From Aquificales bacterium (GTDB lineage Bacteria; Aquificota; Aquificia; Aquificales; QOAS01): DNA of 50,775 bases. The stretch is from positions 1-50,775 of the forward strand of contig JALVTI010000030.1 in assembly GCA_027035985.1 (NCBI GenBank), given 5' to 3'. This document shows positions 36,795 through 45,708 of this stretch, piece after piece; position 1 is the stretch's first letter, and each line of letters begins with the position of its first letter. A program made the position numbers and the translations under genes. Below the pieces are notes generated by a model, which saw nothing but the letters and a program-made list of their open reading frames with translations, made no database searches and had not been told where the DNA came from.

Positions 36795-38537
36795 CTATTT
36801 TTTCAGCCGCTCCCTCTTTTTGGCGACGAATTCCCTTATAACCTCCAGCGGTTGAGCGTTTAGGATATCTTCGGTCTTAGCCCAGCCCCTCCTAGCCAAG
36901 CCCACCCCTATCCGCGTAGTCCACAGCTGTCCCACCGAGTGGGCGTCGCTGTTTACAACGAGCTTTACACCCCTTTCGACCGCCTGCCTTATGTGTTGGC
37001 TGTCCAAGTCCTCCCTTTGGGAGTTTATCTCGAGGGCTGTCCCCGTCTCGAGGGCTTTTTCCAGAACGCGGTCAAAATCCAGGGGGTAGCCCTCCCTGTA
37101 GCCGTATTGCCTCCCGAAGGGGTGTCCTATTAGGTTCACGTAGGGGTTTTCCATAGCCTTTAAGAGTCTGTCGGTGTTGTCTTGGTTAAACCTGCTGTGG
37201 ATGGATGCGGTTACGAAATCGAACTCCCTTAGGAGTTCGTCGGGTAAGTCCAAACTCCCGTCGGGGAGAATATCTACCTCAACCGACCAGAGGATGGAAA
37301 TTTTGTCCCCGTACTTTTTGCGGACTCTCTCGATTTCCTCCCTTTGGAGTTTGAACCGTTCGGGGGTCAGCCCGTTGGCGACGCGGGCGCTCTGCGAGTG
37401 GTCGGAGATAGCCATATACTCGTAGCCCATATCGATGCAGGCTTTGACCATCTCCTCCACGGTGTTTAGCCCGTCGCTCCAGTTGGTGTGCATGTGGAGG
37501 TCTCCCCTAAGCTCGTCGTAACCCACCAGTTTGGGGATGCGGTGCTCGAGAGCCGCCTCTATCTCGCCGGTGTTCTCCCTTATCTCGGGTGGGATGTATT
37601 GCATACCCAAAACGGCGTAAACCTCCTCCTCCGTTCTGCCGGCGACCCTTTCGCCCGTTTCGGCGTCGAAAACCCCGTACTCGTTAATCTTTAGCCCCCT
37701 TTCCTTCGCTATCTCCCTAAGTTTTATGTTGTGGTGTTTCGAACCGGTGAAGTATTGGAGGGCGGCGCCCCAGCTCTCCGGTTCGACCGTTCTGAGGTCG
37801 CACTGCCGGTGGTGGTCTTTGAGGAGAACGGTCGACTTGGTCTGCCCGTGGAGCTGAACATCCTCTATGTCGGGGTAGGAGACAAAGGCGTCGTGAATCT
37901 TTTGCCAGTGCTCCCTGGGTGCGGAGACCAGTATGTCGAAGTCCCTTATAGTCTCCTTCATACGGCGAAGGCTCCCGGCAACCTCTATTCGTTCTATGTA
38001 ATCGCCGACCGCACCCTTTAGGTATTCGACCACATTCCGCGCCAGCGGGTAGGCGACCACGAGGGGGATGCGCTCCTGCGCCTGCCTCCAGAGTTCAAGT
38101 CCCTTTAGGATTTTCTCGACCTTTTTAGCCCCGAAGCCGGGAAGTTTTGCCAGAGACCCGTCTTTGAGGGCTTTTATAAAGTTCTCCTTCGTGCGGACCC
38201 CCAATTTCTCGTAAGCCACCTTTAGGGTCTTCGGTCCTATACCGGGAACCTCCATCAGTTCGAGGAGTTCCTCGGGAACCTTTTTTCGGAACTCCTCATA
38301 CTTTTGCACCGTGCCGGTTTTTAAAAATTCTTCAATCTTCGCGAGGGTGGAACCGCCTATTCCCTTAATTTTGTATATGTATCCGCTCTCTATAGCTTCC
38401 CCCACATCCATGGGGAGGTTTTCGAGAATTTTCGCAACCCTTCGGTAGGTTCTTATTCGAAAGGGGTTGTCGCCCAGAAACTCGAGGATGTCTGCCATTC
38501 GCTCGAAGATTTGGGCGAGCCTTTTGTTACGCTCCAT
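36795..38537 (-). CDS. polX: family X DNA polymerase with C-terminal PHP phosphoesterase domain
   Basis: N-terminal HhH region (FRIRTYRRVA). Pol-beta nucleotidyltransferase motif GSLRRMKETIRDFDILV. PHP motifs GDLHMHTNWSDG, AISDHS and NSDAHS. Confidence 0.88.
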   Translation of the reverse strand: MERNKRLAQIFERMADILEFLGDNPFRIRTYRRVAKILENLPMDVGEAIESGYIYKIKGIGGSTLAKIEEFLKTGTVQKYEEFRKKVPEELLELMEVPGIGPKTLKVAYEKLGVRTKENFIKALKDGSLAKLPGFGAKKVEKILKGLELWRQAQERIPLVVAYPLARNVVEYLKGAVGDYIERIEVAGSLRRMKETIRDFDILVSAPREHWQKIHDAFVSYPDIEDVQLHGQTKSTVLLKDHHRQCDLRTVEPESWGAALQYFTGSKHHNIKLREIAKERGLKINEYGVFDAETGERVAGRTEEEVYAVLGMQYIPPEIRENTGEIEAALEHRIPKLVGYDELRGDLHMHTNWSDGLNTVEEMVKACIDMGYEYMAISDHSQSARVANGLTPERFKLQREEIERVRKKYGDKISILWSVEVDILPDGSLDLPDELLREFDFVTASIHSRFNQDNTDRLLKAMENPYVNLIGHPFGRQYGYREGYPLDFDRVLEKALETGTALEINSQREDLDSQHIRQAVERGVKLVVNSDAHSVGQLWTTRIGVGLARRGWAKTEDILNAQPLEVIREFVAKKRERLKK

Positions 38538-38556
38538 TAAGGATTGAATTTAGGAG

Positions 38557-38633
38557 TGGTGGGTCCGGCGGGACTCGAACCCGCGACCCCCGGATTAAGA
38601 GTCCGGCGCTCTGGCCGGCTGAGCTACGGACCC
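38557..38633 (-). tRNA. tRNA-Lys (anticodon CUU), CCA encoded
   Basis: The reverse complement is GGGTCCGTAGCTCAGCCGGCCAGAGCGCCGGACTCTTAATCCGGGGGTCGCGGGTTCGAGTCCCGCCGGACCCACCA. It folds as a cloverleaf with acceptor 7 bp, anticodon stem CCGGA/TCCGG, loop CTCTTAA and T-loop TTCGAGT. Confidence 0.92.
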
Positions 38634-38691
38634 TATTCTATTAATTAATAGTATAAACTCCGCCTTCGGCGGGCAATAGGATTTATTAAAT

Positions 38692-39114
38692 ATGGATTGG
38701 ACGCTCGTCGCACAGAAAATCGTCCTTGCCTTTATGACGGCTACCTTCGCGATAGGGAGCTTTTTCTCCTTCGTGGTCGCGCCGATACTCTTTAAGACCC
38801 TACCCAAGGAGCAGGCGGGGAAGGTGGTCGAAAGGGTGTTCCCCCTCTATTTTGGGCTGTGCCTCGGTTTGGACGCCCTCTCACTCCTGGCGGTCTTCAA
38901 GGCAAATGTGGGCTTTATCCTCATTTTGATACTGATACTTACGATTACCCTCAACGCGATTCAGCTCTACGTGATTATCCCCGAAAGTAGGGAGAAGAAA
39001 AAAACCGACTACAAGGGGTTTTTGAAACTCCACAAGATATCGGTAACCCTCAATATGTCGGTGGTTATCCTCAACCTCTTGGGGGTTCTATACCTCATCT
39101 TCAAACCCTTTTAG
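38692..39114 (+). CDS. DUF4149-family membrane protein
   Basis: 140 aa with four TM segments. N-terminal ...FSFVVAPILFKTLPKEQAGKVVERVFPLYF is typical of DUF4149/TMEM205-like proteins. Confidence 0.55.
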   Translation: MDWTLVAQKIVLAFMTATFAIGSFFSFVVAPILFKTLPKEQAGKVVERVFPLYFGLCLGLDALSLLAVFKANVGFILILILILTITLNAIQLYVIIPESREKKKTDYKGFLKLHKISVTLNMSVVILNLLGVLYLIFKPF

Positions 39115-39568
39115 TTTCCCCCTTTAAATACCCCGCCAAGAGGAGGAGTATCCCCAAGCTCACACAAATGTCGGCTACGTTGAAGGTTGGGTAATGCCAA
39201 TCCCCTATGTGGAAATCTATAAAATCCCTAACCCCCCCCAAGAGGAGGCGGTCTAAGAGGTTCCCCAAACCCCCGCCGAGGATTAGAGCCAACCCCCACC
39301 CGACAAGGGTATCCCTAACCCTAAATATCCCCCACAGGAGGAGGGCAACTATTAGGAGAGGCACACCGTAGTAGGAGAGGGTTTTTAAAAGACCCTCCGA
39401 GTGTTGGAATAGTCCGAAGACAAACCCTTTGTTGAAAGCCTTTGTAAAGTCCAAAAAGGGGAGGAGGTGGAGCGGCTCCCTCAGGAGGTTCCAAAAGAGG
39501 TATTTGGTAACCTGGTCGAGGAGTAGGCACGTTAGCGATATCCCCAAGAGGGTTAGGGATTTCTTCAT
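39101..39568 (-). CDS. lspA: lipoprotein signal peptidase (signal peptidase II)
   Basis: NKGFVFGLF, then GGGLGNLLDRLLLGGVRDFIDF and FNVADICVSLG. Confidence 0.88.
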   Translation of the reverse strand: MKKSLTLLGISLTCLLLDQVTKYLFWNLLREPLHLLPFLDFTKAFNKGFVFGLFQHSEGLLKTLSYYGVPLLIVALLLWGIFRVRDTLVGWGLALILGGGLGNLLDRLLLGGVRDFIDFHIGDWHYPTFNVADICVSLGILLLLAGYLKGETKRV

Positions 39569-40320
39569 CTTTTCACCCCGTAAAGTCCCTTTTCGACGAA
39601 TTCCCTCACTATGGGGTTGGGGGAGTTTACTATCTCCTCCGGCGTTCCCACCTGGAGCAGTTCCCCCTTGTAGATAAAGGCTATGCGGTCGGCTATCGAG
39701 AGGGCGGAAATCATATCGTGGGTGACCACCACCGAGGTAGCCCCTACCCGCTCCCTCAAGGAGAGTATGAGGTGGTCTATGTTTCTGGAGGTTATCGGGT
39801 CGAGACCCGATGTCGGTTCGTCGTAGAGGATTATCCGCCCCTCGCCCGCTATAGCCCTGGCGGTGGAGACCCTCTTCTTCATACCGCCCGAGAGCTGGGA
39901 GGGGTAGAGGTCGGCTACACTCTCGTCGAGGTCGACCTTTTTGAGTATCTCTACAGCCTTTTTTCTAACCTCCTCCTTGGGCAGGGCGGTATGTTCGAGG
40001 TAGTAAAAGCCCACATTCTCCCAAACGGTTAAAAAGTCAAAAAGCGCCCCCTCCTGGAAGACGTATCCCATCTTTAGGCGTATCTCGTCAAGTTCCTCCT
40101 CCGAGAGTTTGGTTATATCCCTTCCGAAGATGCAGACGCAACCCTCGGTGGGTTTCAAAAGTCCTATGAGGTGCTTCAAGAGAGTACTCTTTCCCGAACC
40201 GGAGCCGCCTATTATGACGAATATCTCCCCTTCATAAATCGCGAGGTTTATCCCCTTCAGGACTACCCTTTCGCCGAAACGCTTGTAGAGGTTTCTGACC
40301 TCTATAACCGGTTTTCCCAT
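39565..40320 (-). CDS. ABC transporter ATP-binding protein (MlaF-like)
   Basis: Walker A GGSGSGKST, signature LSGGMKKRV, Walker B ILYDEPTSGLD. The size and sequence style fit MlaF/Ttg2A. Overlaps lspA by 4 nt. No adjacent permease. Confidence 0.7.
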   Translation of the reverse strand: MGKPVIEVRNLYKRFGERVVLKGINLAIYEGEIFVIIGGSGSGKSTLLKHLIGLLKPTEGCVCIFGRDITKLSEEELDEIRLKMGYVFQEGALFDFLTVWENVGFYYLEHTALPKEEVRKKAVEILKKVDLDESVADLYPSQLSGGMKKRVSTARAIAGEGRIILYDEPTSGLDPITSRNIDHLILSLRERVGATSVVVTHDMISALSIADRIAFIYKGELLQVGTPEEIVNSPNPIVREFVEKGLYGVKR

Positions 40321-40416
40321 TCAATCAATACAAGCTTAAAGCGATAGCCAAAGGGGTTTAAAATCCACCTTGCAAAAATGATGCTTGTCACCAAGGTGAT
40401 TCTATAATAGAAGTAA

Positions 40417-41115
40417 ATGGGTTTTTCGGGAAACTTAAAGGACTTTCCCTTTCCCGATATACTGCAGGTTATAGCTCGGGAAAGGAAGAACGGTATTCTA
40501 CTCGTGGAGTGGAAAGATTTAATAGTAGCCTATTACATTAAAAATGGGCAGATAATCTTCGCCCGCCCGGTGGATAAAATCACGAGGGTTTATACCGAAA
40601 GAAGTTTTCCCGACCTCATCAAGAAATTGAGGGTTAAGGAGGAAGTTATTCCCAAAATCTTGGAGAAATACCTTCTAAGCCGTCTCGACGAAAGGGAAGG
40701 TATATTCTCGCTAATATTCGGATTTATCAAATACAAGTCGACCGAAAAGGCACCAATTCCCATAGAACAGTTGATACTCGAAGCGGCTAGGAAATTGACG
40801 CCTATGGAGGTTAAGAGAAAGATAAGTGACGATATGCTCACCTTTATAGTAACTCCCGAAGGTAAGGAGATAGTTAAAAAACTCAATCTCAGCCCCGTAG
40901 AAAAGGCGGTTATAGAGCAGATAGACGGAAAGAAAACCGTCGCAGAAATCAGACAGGCTCTATATCCCACCAAACCACTGGATGTGGATAAGGCGCTCTA
41001 CGGTCTGTGGTCGGCGGGAATTATTAAACGGGTTCGCCGCGGCAAGCGCCACAAACCCGAAGGACTCACCCTCGATATTCTCAAGCGTATTATTGATAAA
41101 GTGAAAGACCTATAA
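40417..41115 (+). CDS. DUF4388 domain protein
   Basis: N-terminal GNLKDFPFPDILQVIARERKNGILLV is the DUF4388 signature (PatA-N-like). Confidence 0.6.
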   Translation: MGFSGNLKDFPFPDILQVIARERKNGILLVEWKDLIVAYYIKNGQIIFARPVDKITRVYTERSFPDLIKKLRVKEEVIPKILEKYLLSRLDEREGIFSLIFGFIKYKSTEKAPIPIEQLILEAARKLTPMEVKRKISDDMLTFIVTPEGKEIVKKLNLSPVEKAVIEQIDGKKTVAEIRQALYPTKPLDVDKALYGLWSAGIIKRVRRGKRHKPEGLTLDILKRIIDKVKDL

Positions 41116-41130
41116 GGGGGCGCGGAATAG

Positions 41131-41697
41131 ATGTTCAATAGCTTGGCATCGGGGCAGAAACAGAAAAAGAAGATAAAAATACTCGTCTCCGGACCTTTTG
41201 CCGCCGGAAAGACCCAATTTATAAAAACTATTTCGGAAATAGAACCGCTGACCACCGAAAGGAAAACGTCGGCGAAGAATGAAAAGTCGGTTAAAAACTC
41301 CACCACCGTCGCAATGGACTTCGGAAAAATCACCATCGATGACGAACACGAGCTTTACCTGTTCGGAACACCGGGTCAATCCCGTTTCGACTTTATGTGG
41401 GATATTCTCGGAAAGGGGGCGTTGGGAATAATTATTTTGGTGGACAGCACCAACCCCCAAACCTTTCACGAGGCGAGGCAGATAATTAACTTCTTCGAAA
41501 GTAGATATCCCGTGCCGATGGTGGTGGGAGCTAACAAGCAAGACCTTCCCGACGCCTGGCCTCCGGAAATGATTAAATCGGCGTTAAACCTCGACGCCGA
41601 AGATATACCCGTTGTGCCAGTGGTGGCGACCGATAAGGATAGCGTAAAAAAGGCACTCCTCACCCTCTTGGAGGAGATATATAAAGAATTCGGTTGA
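41131..41697 (+). CDS. small Ras-like GTPase (CvnD/MglA-related ATP/GTP-binding protein)
   Basis: G1 SGPFAAGKT. TTVAMDFGKITIDDEHELYLFGTPGQSRFDFMW contains G3 (TPGQ). G4 is NKQD. It closely follows the conservon CvnD-type pattern. Confidence 0.7.
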   Translation: MFNSLASGQKQKKKIKILVSGPFAAGKTQFIKTISEIEPLTTERKTSAKNEKSVKNSTTVAMDFGKITIDDEHELYLFGTPGQSRFDFMWDILGKGALGIIILVDSTNPQTFHEARQIINFFESRYPVPMVVGANKQDLPDAWPPEMIKSALNLDAEDIPVVPVVATDKDSVKKALLTLLEEIYKEFG

Positions 41698-42833
41698 TGG
41701 TCTCCCCTTTCGAACTCTCCCTTTTGGGGGAACTCCGAAACTTAAAGGAGGAAAACCTCTTTAGGGAGCGTTTTCTATTACCCAAAAAAGGTTTGAAAGT
41801 CCTCTGCTCCAACAATTATCTAAACCTCTCCAACCACCCCCGCGTGAAGGAAAGGGCTATAGAAGCCGTTAAGAGGTTCGGAACCTCCTCCTCCGCCTCC
41901 CAACTGGTGAGCGGTTATACCGACCTCCACCGGGAGTTGGAAGAGTTTTTAAGCTCCCTCAAGGGTTGCGAGAGTTGTTTAACCTTCGGGAGCGGTTATC
42001 TGGCGAATGTGGGGACTATATCGGCGCTTTTTGGGAAGGGTGATGCGGTCTTTTCCGACCGCCTAAACCACGCCTCGATTATCGACGGCGTTCGCCTCTC
42101 TAAAGCCGATAGGTTTATCTACCCCCATAGGGATTTGGAAACTTTGGAAGACCTCTTAAGGGAACACCGAAATAGATACCGCCGCTGCGGGATTGTAACC
42201 GATTCGGTCTTTAGCATGGACGGGGATATAGCCCCCCTACCCCGTTTGGTCGAGCTGGCCCAAAGATACGGGTGTGCCCTGCTGGTCGACGACGCCCACG
42301 CGACCGGCGTTTTGGGCTTTTCCTCCCTCGAGTATTTCGGTATCCCCCCGAAGGGGGATATAGTTCAGATAGGGACATTTTCAAAGGCGCTCGGCTCTTA
42401 CGGGGCTTACGTGTGCGGTTCGGAGATTGTTATCCAATACCTGGTAAACAGGGCGCGGAGTCTGATATTTTCGACCTCCCTGCCACCCCCGGCGGTCGGC
42501 GCCGCCATCGGCGCGCTCGAGGTATTAAAAGATAACCCCGACCTTATAGGGGAGCTTCAAAGACGCTCTAAAACCGTTAAGGGGTGGCTCAAGGGATTTG
42601 ACCTTAGCCATTCGGAGGATATAACCCCTATAGTCCCCATAGTGTTGGGAGATGAGAGACTCACTCTAGAGGTTAGGGACAGACTCCTCCAAAAGGGGTT
42701 TTTCGTTCAGGCTATAAGGTATCCCACGGTGGAGAGGGGAAAGGCGCGCCTCCGACTGACGGTAACCCTCGAACACCCCTTGGAGGTTTACGAAGACTTC
42801 GTCGAGACCTTAAGGGGGATACTGAGGGTCTAA
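41694..42833 (+). CDS. bioF: 8-amino-7-oxononanoate synthase
   Basis: Class-II aminotransferase. DDAHATGVLG, and the PLP-lysine motif GTFSKALGSYG. ATG 41697 overlaps the GTPase stop codon (TGATG). Confidence 0.85.
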   Translation: MMVSPFELSLLGELRNLKEENLFRERFLLPKKGLKVLCSNNYLNLSNHPRVKERAIEAVKRFGTSSSASQLVSGYTDLHRELEEFLSSLKGCESCLTFGSGYLANVGTISALFGKGDAVFSDRLNHASIIDGVRLSKADRFIYPHRDLETLEDLLREHRNRYRRCGIVTDSVFSMDGDIAPLPRLVELAQRYGCALLVDDAHATGVLGFSSLEYFGIPPKGDIVQIGTFSKALGSYGAYVCGSEIVIQYLVNRARSLIFSTSLPPPAVGAAIGALEVLKDNPDLIGELQRRSKTVKGWLKGFDLSHSEDITPIVPIVLGDERLTLEVRDRLLQKGFFVQAIRYPTVERGKARLRLTVTLEHPLEVYEDFVETLRGILRV

Positions 42834-43318
42834 AGACCCACCCGTAGGGGTCTCTTTATGTAGAAGACCGCCGAGAGGTAAGCCAAAAACACCGCCACCC
42901 ATAGGAGGGCTTTCCCCAAGTTGGGTTCCAGGCAGAGAGTGACGAGGCTCAAAAACTCCACCGTGGTTTTTAGTTTCCCCAACCCATTGACGGAACCGAC
43001 CAGTCCGTAAAACCTCAAAAGGGTTATGGAAATCTCCCTAAACGCCAACAGGAGCAGGGGGAGAAAACCCACATCTCCCTTCAGGTAAAAGGCTGTGAGG
43101 GTCAGCAGGACGAAAAACTTGTCGCCGATGTGGTCGAGGTGGGCGCCTATGCGGGTCTTTTGACCGAAATTGCGCGCGACCCAGCCGTCCAAAAAGTCGG
43201 TCAGCGTCCCCAAAAGGATTAGGAGGGCTGCTGCCATTCCGTTCCCCGCGACCGCCACCTCGTAAAAGACCAAAAGGGCGAGCGGAAAGCGGGAGAGGGA
43301 GAGGAGGGAGGCTATCAT
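42830..43318 (-). CDS. pgsA: CDP-alcohol phosphatidyltransferase (PgsA-like)
   Basis: The motif DFLDGWVARNFGQKTRIGAHLDHIGDK fits D-x2-DG-x2-AR-x8-G-x3-D-x3-D. Confidence 0.75.
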   Translation of the reverse strand: MIASLLSLSRFPLALLVFYEVAVAGNGMAAALLILLGTLTDFLDGWVARNFGQKTRIGAHLDHIGDKFFVLLTLTAFYLKGDVGFLPLLLLAFREISITLLRFYGLVGSVNGLGKLKTTVEFLSLVTLCLEPNLGKALLWVAVFLAYLSAVFYIKRPLRVGL

Positions 43319-43358
43319 AACAAAATTTAAGGATATAGGGGTTTAAACTAACCCCAAG

Positions 43359-44354
43359 ATGGAGTGGTTTCTCCTCTTTATCCTCTCGAAGGTGCTATTT
43401 TTCGAACTCTACCCCTTTAGGTTTCTGAAGGTAAAAGGTTGCCCCAAAAGGGAGGGAGAGAAAGAAAAAAAACATACAAGGGACTTCGTCATTCACGTCC
43501 ACACAATGTTTTCCTACGACAGTCTCGGAAAACCGGAGGAGGTCGAGAGGGAGGCGAAGCTCCTCGGCGTGGAAAAGGTCTTTATCACCGACCACGACAG
43601 GGAGGATATAGAAAAACTTTTACCATCCTCGGAGGTTCTCGTCCCCGGTTACGAATACCAGGACGGGGAATACGGAAGGCTTTTAAAACTCCAAATGGGG
43701 AAATACACGGTAATAGCCCACCCCAACAACGATAAAAAGCCGCTCTACCGCTGGCGAGGAAATTTCGGGGAGGGCTTTTACTACGAGCTTATCGACCTAA
43801 AGGATGTCCTATACGCCGCCCCTTGGTGGCTCAAGCTCTACTTTGTTCTGCGCTTTTTAATCCTATACCCCCTTCGGGGGTTTAGGGCTTTGGACTACTT
43901 TCCCCGCCTCATACCCCTGGGTAGTTGGATAGGGCGCTACATAGAGCGGACGGGCGGGAAGCTTCCCATTATCGGCGGTGCGGACCACCACATTAAATTA
44001 TCTTTTTGGGAAAAACCGAAGCGCTATTTCTCCTTTCCCCGCTACGGGTGGAGCTTTTACATACTCCGCAATCGGGCTTTTGGAGATATAGATAAAGCCC
44101 TCGAAGGGGGAAACTTCTATATCTCCCTATGCGACGGGAGGGTGGAAATAGAGGGCGACCGAGTCCTTTTGAAGGAAAGGGAATTGCTCTTTCTCCACTA
44201 CGGGGACGGAAGGGTTGAGGTAAACGATTGCGGGAAGTTGAATAAAAATGCTCCCGTAGCGGTGGTATACAGATACATCTTCCGAAAGGGGGACTTATAC
44301 TTCGGTCTCACACCGGTGGCGGTCTTCAAACCCGACCTAATCCAAACCGAGTAG
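43359..44354 (+). CDS. PHP-domain metal-dependent phosphoesterase-like protein
   Basis: VIHVHTMFSYDSLG...VFITDHD matches PHP motifs I and II. A later GGADHH is also present. Confidence 0.55.
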   Translation: MEWFLLFILSKVLFFELYPFRFLKVKGCPKREGEKEKKHTRDFVIHVHTMFSYDSLGKPEEVEREAKLLGVEKVFITDHDREDIEKLLPSSEVLVPGYEYQDGEYGRLLKLQMGKYTVIAHPNNDKKPLYRWRGNFGEGFYYELIDLKDVLYAAPWWLKLYFVLRFLILYPLRGFRALDYFPRLIPLGSWIGRYIERTGGKLPIIGGADHHIKLSFWEKPKRYFSFPRYGWSFYILRNRAFGDIDKALEGGNFYISLCDGRVEIEGDRVLLKERELLFLHYGDGRVEVNDCGKLNKNAPVAVVYRYIFRKGDLYFGLTPVAVFKPDLIQTE

Positions 44355-44690
44355 CCCCTTGAGTTTCCTCTTTACCTTCGAAAGACCGAGCTTTACCCCC
44401 GCGTAGCGCATTATTCGCGCCATTTGGGCGTATTTGTCCCGCTCGTAGCAGGGGTCGGGGCATTTCCGACATCTCGGTTTCGGGTCGTGAGGGCATTGGG
44501 TTAGCCTCTCGACGGCGTAGGCAAATAGGCTGTGACACTCCCCGCAGAGATTTATATCGAACTTAAAAACCTTACCCCCGTAGGGGACTTCGTAGGTCTT
44601 TAGGAACTGCCCCGTGTGTTTGTCGTGGCAGTAGACGGGAAACATCCGCCTCAAGGTGTTTAGTTCCCTTTCGAAATCCTCAACCTTCAT
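44337..44690 (-). CDS. nitrous-oxide-stimulated-promoter (YgbA_NO) family protein
   Basis: Cys pattern CGECHSLFAYAVERLTQCPHDPKPRCRKCPDPCY is characteristic of the family. Confidence 0.6.
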   Translation of the reverse strand: MKVEDFERELNTLRRMFPVYCHDKHTGQFLKTYEVPYGGKVFKFDINLCGECHSLFAYAVERLTQCPHDPKPRCRKCPDPCYERDKYAQMARIMRYAGVKLGLSKVKRKLKGLLGLD

Positions 44691-44766
44691 AAGGAAGATA
44701 TTTAGGAAAAAACCCCTTTTGGGGGACTAAGAACATTAACCACTTAGCGAGCCCTTAAAAGACTTT

Positions 44767-45621
44767 TTACTTCGGAAGGCGCTTTAAAATTTCCCAAACA
44801 CCCTTAAAGGTCAAAACTTTTTTCCAATCCTCCTTTAGGAGTTCCCTTAAGTATTTAAAACCGCACCTCTTGTCGCCAAACCTGAAACACTGCACCGCCG
44901 CGTGGTGGAGCATATATTCCCTATATCCCTCAGGGGTCTTCGGAAGGTAGTCCTCTACCACCCTTAAGGTGGCTTCCAAAAATCTCCTGTTTCCCCTACT
45001 GGTTCGGTTTGAGTGTTCCCTTATCGCATATCCGTGAAGGGGAATGAAGGCTATTTCCAACCCCTCGGTGTGGAACCTCAAAAAGATTTCCCAGTCCTCC
45101 CTCATGAGGTAGCGCTCCTTATACCCCCCCAAACGGAGGAAGGTTTCCCTCCTGAAACAGCTTCCCGACGGATAGCCCACCCTCCCGCCGTATAGAAGCG
45201 CCTCGAAGGGTTCCTTCGGTTTTTTCTTTTTTCTAATGGGTAGCCCTTCGGGGTTTACAAAGAGTGAGGGCAGTCCGAAAAATGCATCAAATTTCCCCGC
45301 CGTTAGGCGGGTTTTTGTCCTCTCCAAATAGTCGGGAAGCCACAGGTCGTCGCAGTCCAAAAAGCAAACCCACTCGGCGGTTAGGAGCTCCGCCCCCCTA
45401 TTTCTCGAGGCGCACCTCTCGAGGTTTCTCTTGTTTCTAACCACCCTTAGGGTTGGGTATTTCTCTTTCAACCTTTGAAGGGTCTCGAAAGTTCCGTCCG
45501 TCGAATGGTCGTCGACGACTACGACCTCTTTGGGTTTGAGCGTCTGTTCGAAAACACTTTTAACGGAATCCTCTATAAATTTTTCGCAATTGTGGGCGGT
45601 TATAACAACCCCGAAATCCAT
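44767..45621 (-). CDS. family 2 glycosyltransferase
   Basis: FGVVITAHNCEKFIEDSVKSVFEQT...VVVVDDHSTDGT and a DCDD (DxD) motif. Confidence 0.75.
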   Translation of the reverse strand: MDFGVVITAHNCEKFIEDSVKSVFEQTLKPKEVVVVDDHSTDGTFETLQRLKEKYPTLRVVRNKRNLERCASRNRGAELLTAEWVCFLDCDDLWLPDYLERTKTRLTAGKFDAFFGLPSLFVNPEGLPIRKKKKPKEPFEALLYGGRVGYPSGSCFRRETFLRLGGYKERYLMREDWEIFLRFHTEGLEIAFIPLHGYAIREHSNRTSRGNRRFLEATLRVVEDYLPKTPEGYREYMLHHAAVQCFRFGDKRCGFKYLRELLKEDWKKVLTFKGVWEILKRLPK

Positions 45622-45708
45622 TAAGAGGTATTTAAAGAAATTTCTCCTCCAAAGGGTGGAAAAGGTTTGAAGGAAAACGCTTAGAGGAAGTAGGAAAGGG
45701 AAACCTCC

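Noticed and set aside
38638-38651. Perfect 14-bp palindrome CTATTAATTAATAG just upstream of tRNA-Lys as an attachment or operator site.
   Set aside because: It is a pure A/T palindrome in a promoter-like A+T-rich spacer. It is most simply part of the tRNA promoter (-10-like TATACT/TAATAG nearby), and no integrase or duplicated tRNA 3' end is present.
38595-38807. 70-aa minus-strand ORF.
   Set aside because: It overlaps the tRNA-Lys gene and the start of the DUF4149 gene. It is a spurious frame.
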